A stretch of 64,000 bases of DNA from Clostridiales bacterium (GTDB lineage Bacteria > Bacillota > Clostridia > Christensenellales > SZUA-584). The position numbers were made by a program, and so were the translations under genes. The stretch's first letter is position 1, and the number at the start of each line of letters is the position of its first letter. Location: positions 935 through 64,934 of the forward strand of contig JAJUJH010000003.1 of the NCBI GenBank assembly GCA_029265435.1. Direction: 5' to 3'. This document shows, piece by piece, positions 55,667-64,000 of this stretch. The notes below the pieces were generated by a model. That model was not told where the DNA came from and did no database searches. It saw only the letters and a list, made by a program, of their open reading frames with translations.

Positions 55667-55680
55667 GGCTTTCTCCGCAT

Positions 55681-56475
55681 TTATTTGATATGAAATATGC
55701 CTGTGACGCGGTCGCGGAAAGCGAGACCGAGGCTTATGTCGTGCCCCGGGGTGAGCCCCTGCGCAATCAGCGCGTCGGTGACGGTGCGGAAGGCGAGCTG
55801 CTCGGAGTTGTTTTCCTTGCTCAAATGCCCCAGCAGGATCGACGAAACGCCCGCGCAGGCAAGGCGTACCGCGGCGTCGGCGGCGTCGTCGTTGCTCAGG
55901 TGCCCGCGGCGCGATTTGATACGCTCCTTGAGCGCGCGCGGATAGCGCCCTGTTTGCAGCATATTGACGTCGTGGTTGGATTCGAGCAGCACAAGATCGC
56001 AGGATTGCAGCTTCATCTCGACGGATTTTGGAAAGAAGCCGAGGTCGGTTGCGACGGCGATTTTTCGCGCGCCGCACGAAACGCAGTATCCGACAGGGTC
56101 TGCCGCGTCGTGCGGTATATCGAACGGCTCTATCAGAAGATCGTCGATATAGAATCCCGTCTTGCCGATAACGCGGGCAAGCCGGCTTTGCACGCAGCCC
56201 AGCTTGTCGCCGCAGGCCTCCCATGTGGGCGCCGTCGCGTATACGGGGATATGATGCTTGCGTGACAGTATCCCTGCGCCTTGAATGTGGTCGGTATGCT
56301 CATGTGTGATGAGTATGCCCTTTACGGCGCGCACGTCGTGACCGACGCTTTGCAGCGCTTCCTCGATGCGGCGTCCCGATACGCCCGCATCAATAAGTAT
56401 GTGCGTTTGGCCGGAGCTCAGCAATATCGCGTTGCCGGATGAACCGGAAAAAAGCGGGATGAGTGAAAATGCCAT
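55681..56475 (-). CDS. MBL-fold metallo-hydrolase (YycJ/WalJ-like)
   Basis: SGSSGN...LIDAG...ITHEHTDHIQG...HLS motifs. Confidence 0.85.
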   Translation of the reverse strand: MAFSLIPLFSGSSGNAILLSSGQTHILIDAGVSGRRIEEALQSVGHDVRAVKGILITHEHTDHIQGAGILSRKHHIPVYATAPTWEACGDKLGCVQSRLARVIGKTGFYIDDLLIEPFDIPHDAADPVGYCVSCGARKIAVATDLGFFPKSVEMKLQSCDLVLLESNHDVNMLQTGRYPRALKERIKSRRGHLSNDDAADAAVRLACAGVSSILLGHLSKENNSEQLAFRTVTDALIAQGLTPGHDISLGLAFRDRVTGIFHIK

Positions 56476-56612
56476 AGTCTATCCTTTCCTGCAAAGCATT
56501 ATATCACATGCGGGCCGTTCAATCATAGTGGAAACTTGCGCTGCCAAACGGCGAAGCGGTTGCGGTTTTGCGCCGCCGTATGGTATTCTCAATGCAGGAT
56601 CGGAGGACGGTG

Positions 56613-57128
56613 ATGAAAAGATCGTGCGTGCAGGTGTATACGGGTGATGGAAAAGGCAAAACAACGGCGGCCATGGGGCTTGCAATGCGGGCGGCGGGGC
56701 AGGGCCTTTCCGTGAAGGTGGTGCAGTTTATGAAGGGCCGCGATACGGGAGAGATCGCATCGCTGCAAAAGCTCGGCATCGAGCTGGTGCGCGCGTCGCA
56801 AAGCACCAAATTCTTCGCCATGATGAGCGACGACGAAAAAGCCGTGCTGCGAAGCGGAGCGGCGGCGGTTTTGGCGCGTATAGATGCATGGCTTAATCAT
56901 ATTGACGTGCTGATACTCGACGAAGCGCTGGGTGCGCTGGCCTGCGGCGTGCTTGGGCTTGACGAGCTGCTGCACATTATGGACAGCCGCGGCTCCACCG
57001 AGGTGGTGCTGACGGGACGGAACGCGCCGGATGCGGTGACCGCCAAGGCTGATCTTGTGACGGAGATGCGCGAGGTCAAGCATTATATGCACAGCGGCGT
57101 CGGTGCAAGAAAGGGCATTGAATACTGA
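56613..57128 (+). CDS. cobO: Cob(I)yrinic acid a,c-diamide adenosyltransferase
   Basis: VQVYTGDGKGKTTAAMGLAMRAAGQG...VQFMKG...DE. ATG 56613 after GGAGGA. Confidence 0.85.
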   Translation: MKRSCVQVYTGDGKGKTTAAMGLAMRAAGQGLSVKVVQFMKGRDTGEIASLQKLGIELVRASQSTKFFAMMSDDEKAVLRSGAAAVLARIDAWLNHIDVLILDEALGALACGVLGLDELLHIMDSRGSTEVVLTGRNAPDAVTAKADLVTEMREVKHYMHSGVGARKGIEY

Positions 57129-57718
57129 TGGACGGGAATATGGGTACGGCCCGCATGACGCCGGGCGGCCGCGTGGTGATGGTGACGGGCGGTGCGCGCA
57201 GCGGCAAAAGCGCTTACGCCGAGGCGATTGTCAAAGCGTCGGGCCGAAAGGCGGGATACATTGCGACGGCGGCGGTGACGGACGCAGACATGGCGGACAG
57301 GATCGCGCGGCATAGAGCGTCGCGTCCCGCTGAGTGGGAGACGTTTGAATGCGGAGGCGGTCTGAAGCGGCTGACCGCAGACGAGCGGTTTCGGCAATGC
57401 GGCGCGCTGCTGCTCGACTGTTTGACGACGCTGACGGCAAACCATATGATGAAAAGCGGCCTTAATTTTGATACATGCGGATTGGACGCGGTCGAATTGC
57501 TCGAGCGCGAGATCACGGCGGACGTGGACGACCTGATTGACGCGGCGGCGGGAAAGCTGCTGGTGCTTGTGACCAACGAGGAGGGGCAGGGCGTGGAGCC
57601 CGCATACCGCATGGGCAGTCTGTTCAGGGATATGGCGGGGCGGCTCAATATGCATACGGCGGCGCGCGCCGACGAGGTTTATTTCATGGTGACGGGGCTG
57701 CCGATGAGGCTCAAATAA
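57128..57718 (+). CDS. cobU: Adenosylcobinamide kinase / adenosylcobinamide-phosphate guanylyltransferase
   Basis: VTGGARSGKSAYAE P-loop, ...H...R......E.. and LVTNE.G.G. Overlaps the cobO stop. Confidence 0.85.
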   Translation: MDGNMGTARMTPGGRVVMVTGGARSGKSAYAEAIVKASGRKAGYIATAAVTDADMADRIARHRASRPAEWETFECGGGLKRLTADERFRQCGALLLDCLTTLTANHMMKSGLNFDTCGLDAVELLEREITADVDDLIDAAAGKLLVLVTNEEGQGVEPAYRMGSLFRDMAGRLNMHTAARADEVYFMVTGLPMRLK

Positions 57719-57719
57719 T

Positions 57720-58469
57720 ATGAGAAGCTTTAAGCTCATGCTTGCGTTTTTTACGCGGATACCCGTACGGGTGCGGGGAGAATACGGCGAAGCGGAGTAC
57801 CGAAAAGGAATCAAATATCTGCCGCTTATCGGCGTGATGCTCGGCATCCTGATGGGCGCGGCGATGCTGTTGTCCCGATGGGCCGGCGTGTACGTTTCAG
57901 CGTTTTTGGCGCTTGCGGCCTATCTTGGATTGAGCGGCGGGCTGCATGTGGACGGTATGGCGGATACGGCGGACGGATTCGCCGCCCAAAGGGACAGGGA
58001 AGGCACGCTGGCCGTGATGAAAGACAGCCGCATCGGCACGTTCGGCGTGCTTGCAATCTGTCTGTATGCGGCGGGCATGGTGGTCTGTTTGGCGCAGGCG
58101 GGTTTCACCGCGGCGGCGCTCTGCCCTCTGTCCGGGCGGACGGCGGCGCTGCTTTGCGCGCGCATCAACAAAAGCGCGACAAACGGCATGGGGCGGTGGT
58201 TTGTGGACGGAGTGAAAACGGCCCACATCGTTTTCTCGGCGGCATTGTTTATGGCGGCTGCGGCGTCGTTTCTTTTGCTGTGCCGCTGGCCGTATATCGC
58301 GGCGCTGACGGCGGCGTTTGCAGCGGCGCAGGGTGCGGCGGCGTTTGCGGTGCACCGCATGGCGCGCAGACTGGACGGGGTGACGGGAGACATCATCGGC
58401 TTTTCGATTGAATTCGCTCAGCTTGTCTTTTTGGTTCTGGCTTCGTTAGCGATCAATATATGTCAGTAG
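57720..58469 (+). CDS. cobS: Adenosylcobinamide-GDP ribazoletransferase (cobalamin synthase)
   Basis: LAFFTRIPV N-terminus, GGLHVDGMADTADG motif, polytopic membrane protein. Confidence 0.85.
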   Translation: MRSFKLMLAFFTRIPVRVRGEYGEAEYRKGIKYLPLIGVMLGILMGAAMLLSRWAGVYVSAFLALAAYLGLSGGLHVDGMADTADGFAAQRDREGTLAVMKDSRIGTFGVLAICLYAAGMVVCLAQAGFTAAALCPLSGRTAALLCARINKSATNGMGRWFVDGVKTAHIVFSAALFMAAAASFLLLCRWPYIAALTAAFAAAQGAAAFAVHRMARRLDGVTGDIIGFSIEFAQLVFLVLASLAINICQ

Positions 58470-58605
58470 ATATGATTTAGGCAAAACCAATAAGATAACC
58501 GATGAGCGCGCTGTCAGACAGGATGCGACAAAAAACGGACTTTGACAAAAGGCGCGGGCGCTATATAATAAGAATTAACAGACGGAATCGAAAGAGGGGC
58601 AGATT

Positions 58606-59013
58606 ATGGGAAGTTCAATCAACGATATTCTTATGGAGGATTTTCAGAATGTCGTCAGCGAGCTGCTGATGCGCAACAGAAGCATCCTTGATATATTGAC
58701 GAAAATTCAAACCAGCTCGGGCCGTGTGAACCGCAGCGTCGTCAAAGCGGTCACGCATTGCGGATGCATCGAGATTGACGGGAAAAAGCAGGTGTTTCCC
58801 GGCGAAGTCAGCATGAAGCACCTGAGCGGGCTCATGTCTACCCAGCTTAAAGGCGAGCTTTGTCCCGAATGCCGCCAGACGATTGAAAAGGAAATCGGCG
58901 CCGCCCTGTTCTATATCGCCGCATTATGCAATACGCTTGGAATCAGCCTGTACGACGTTGTGCTGAGCGAAAAAGAGACGCTCGGAACGCTTGGCAGCTA
59001 CAGCTTGAGATAG
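58606..59013 (+). CDS. Hypothetical protein with MazG-like helical segment
   Basis: EKEIGAALFYIAALCNTLGISLYDV resembles the MazG/NTP-PPase EEIGD.LFY...LA..LGI helix. Otherwise unassigned. Confidence 0.45.
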   Translation: MGSSINDILMEDFQNVVSELLMRNRSILDILTKIQTSSGRVNRSVVKAVTHCGCIEIDGKKQVFPGEVSMKHLSGLMSTQLKGELCPECRQTIEKEIGAALFYIAALCNTLGISLYDVVLSEKETLGTLGSYSLR

Positions 59014-59033
59014 AAAAAACGACTCCGGTTTAT

Positions 59034-59068
59034 AAGCGGCTGCTTATAAGCGCCGCTTTTGTTTATTA
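59034..59068 (+). terminator. Intrinsic terminator
   Basis: AAGCGGC / GCCGCTT stem followed by TTTGTTTATT. Confidence 0.6.
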
Positions 59069-59101
59069 TCAAGTTTTCAAATTTGAGAAAGGCAGAACAG
59101 A

Positions 59102-60340
59102 ATGAAGAAACCGTTTATCACCAAAAGACAAGCGGAGGAGATCAAAAAAAAGTATCCCACACCGTTTTATCTGTATGACGAAAAAGGCATACGCGAAAAT
59201 GCGCGCCGGCTTCAGAAGGCGTTTTCATGGAACAAGGGCTTTAAGGAATACTTTGCCGTAAAGGCGACGCCGAACCCGTCAATATTGAAGATATTGAAGG
59301 AGGAAGGCTGCGGTGTGGACTGCTCGTCGCTCACCGAGCTGATGATGGCGCAACGATGCGGATTCATGGGCGATGAGATCATGTTTTCCTCGAACGTGAC
59401 GCCTGAAGAGGATTACCGGCTGGCGGGCAGCCTCAAAGCGGTCATCAACCTCGACGACATCACTCACATCGATTATTTGAACTCGCTGATCGGCATCCCT
59501 GAGCTGATCGGCTGCCGGTTCAACCCGGGCGGCCATTTTGAGCTCGAAAACCAGATCATGGACAATCCCGGAGAAGCCAAATACGGCTTTACGCGCGCAC
59601 AGCTTTCACAAGGCTTCAAAAGGCTTCAAGCGCTCGGTGCGAAGCGTTTCGGCCTGCACGCGTTTCTCGCGTCGAACACCAACACGAACGCCTATTATCC
59701 GAAGCTTGCGAGGCTGCTTTTTGAGACGGCGGCAGAGCTTCACGAAGAGACGGGCGCGCCCATCGCGTATGTGAACCTGTCGGGCGGCATCGGCATACCA
59801 TACAGGCCGGGCGAAAAACCCAACGACATTGCGTTCATCGGCGAAGCGGTGCGCGAGGTGTTTGAGGAAATCATGGTGCCCGCCGGCCTTGGCGGCGCGG
59901 CGATTTATACGGAGCTGGGACGGTTCATGCTGGCTCCCTACGGCGCTCTTGTGACCACGGCCATCCACAAAAAGGAGATCCATAAGAACTACATCGGCGT
60001 GGACGCGTGCGCCGCTAATTTGATGCGCCCCGCCATGTACGGCGCATATCACCATATTACGGTGCTCGGCAAGGAAGATGCGCCGCTTGACCATCAGTAT
60101 GACGTGACGGGCGGGCTTTGCGAGAACAACGACAAATTTGCGATAGACAGGATGCTGCCAAAGATCGAAACCGGCGATATCCTTTTCATTCACGATGCGG
60201 GTGCTCACGGCTTTGCAATGGGCTACAATTACAACGGCAAACTGAGAAGCGCGGAGCTGCTGCTCAGGGAAAACGGCGAGGTGCAGATGATCCGCCGCGC
60301 GGAAACGCCGGACGATTATTTCGCAACATTGGAATTCTAG
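59102..60340 (+). CDS. PLP-dependent group IV decarboxylase (diaminopimelate decarboxylase-like)
   Basis: PTPFYLYDE...YFAVKATPN (PLP Lys)...GCGVDCSS...HDAGAHG. Substrate is not certain from sequence alone. Confidence 0.75.
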   Translation: MKKPFITKRQAEEIKKKYPTPFYLYDEKGIRENARRLQKAFSWNKGFKEYFAVKATPNPSILKILKEEGCGVDCSSLTELMMAQRCGFMGDEIMFSSNVTPEEDYRLAGSLKAVINLDDITHIDYLNSLIGIPELIGCRFNPGGHFELENQIMDNPGEAKYGFTRAQLSQGFKRLQALGAKRFGLHAFLASNTNTNAYYPKLARLLFETAAELHEETGAPIAYVNLSGGIGIPYRPGEKPNDIAFIGEAVREVFEEIMVPAGLGGAAIYTELGRFMLAPYGALVTTAIHKKEIHKNYIGVDACAANLMRPAMYGAYHHITVLGKEDAPLDHQYDVTGGLCENNDKFAIDRMLPKIETGDILFIHDAGAHGFAMGYNYNGKLRSAELLLRENGEVQMIRRAETPDDYFATLEF

Positions 60341-60472
60341 CGCGTTGTTCGGAGGTTCCGGCGTATGGGAACTTCCCCGAAAACCAAAGAAAGCATATAA
60401 GCCATCAAACCGGATGTCTTCGAGACTTTGTAAACAGTTTATGAAAAGATTTCCGCTTTGTTGTTTTTCTTG

Positions 60473-60501
60473 TTGACAAGCAAAATTGGGTATTGTAATA
60501 T
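60473..60501 (+). promoter_or_regulatory. Candidate rpoB promoter
   Basis: TTGACA (60473-60478), 17-nt spacer, TAATAT (60496-60501). Confidence 0.55.
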
Positions 60502-60688
60502 GTTATATTGCATTAGCGTGCTCATAATAGGGGGAAGTCTTTTTATTTGCCGGCGCTGGCAAGACGGTTTTTTCGTTTCCGCGAAAAAGCCGTATAATCT
60601 TGTCTCACTTCGGGAATAATCAGCGAGTGCCTTCATCTTGAAAATGTCATAATGTTAGTTTGCATAACAGGAGAGTGGATACGAATTT

Positions 60689-64000
<3,312 letters not shown>

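Noticed and set aside
55667-56224. Upstream 186-codon extension of the rlmH ORF (the track lists 55199-56224).
   Set aside because: The extension is extremely Arg-rich and overlaps the MBL-hydrolase gene, which is on the same strand in another frame. RlmH is a ~155-aa protein, and MPTLTVACIGKL at 55666 is its canonical N-terminus.
56476-56612. Cobalamin riboswitch upstream of cobO-cobU-cobS.
   Set aside because: I could not find the conserved B12-box (..GCCACTG..) or the GGTG/AA-TCC core elements in the 137-nt leader. A covariance-model scan (Rfam RF00174) would be the decisive test.

Overview
This 64-kb window looks like a Gram-positive, Clostridia-like chromosome. That placement is inference only, based on AGGAGG-type RBSs, NfnAB, CinA, a Spo0J/Noc-like ParB and moderately high GC. 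About 37 kb on the left is a single temperate siphovirus-type prophage (453-37141), complete-looking apart from an in-frame stop in its SNF2 helicase gene. It is integrated into the 3' half of tRNA-Pro(GGG). A 47-bp att duplication sits at 453-499 and 37095-37141, and paired GGCACA arm-type repeats lie on both arms. The prophage order is as follows. (1) Lysogeny operon on the minus strand: XRE repressor, ImmA-like protein, two AT-rich moron genes, integrase. (2) Divergent early promoter/operator region and cro-like gene. (3) Replication module: DUF2800 nuclease, DUF2815 SSB-like protein, family-A DNA polymerase, small methyltransferase, primase/VirE helicase, iteron-rich putative origin, VRR-NUC, free-standing HNH, SNF2 helicase. 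(4) A block of small unknown ORFs. (5) Late regulator. (6) HNH plus P27-type terS, terL, HK97-type portal, protease and capsid. (7) Connectors, major tail, frameshifted chaperone, tape measure, Dit, Tal, BppU-like receptor-binding protein. (8) Holin and NlpC/P60 endolysin. The right 27 kb is host DNA: CpXC protein, a decayed lipoprotein gene, S9 peptidase, J-domain protein, zinc-ribbon membrane protein, cinA, a binding-protein-like lipoprotein, two tandem beta-propeller paralogs, an IS remnant islet, nfnAB, murA, parB-like, rlmH, an MBL hydrolase, cobO-cobU-cobS, a DAP-decarboxylase-like gene and the 5' 3.3 kb of rpoB. The most unusual observations are these. An in-frame TGA sits inside the P-loop codons of the phage SNF2 helicase, with a take-off/stop/landing codon geometry. 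An AT-rich moron pair (DUF3825-like protein plus a 2-TM protein) lies in the lysogeny operon with an orphan promoter-terminator unit between them. A dense iteron field lies after the primase gene. The ImmA-like protein has a degenerate zinc motif. No CRISPR arrays or rRNA genes were seen. All family assignments come from remembered motifs, not database searches.
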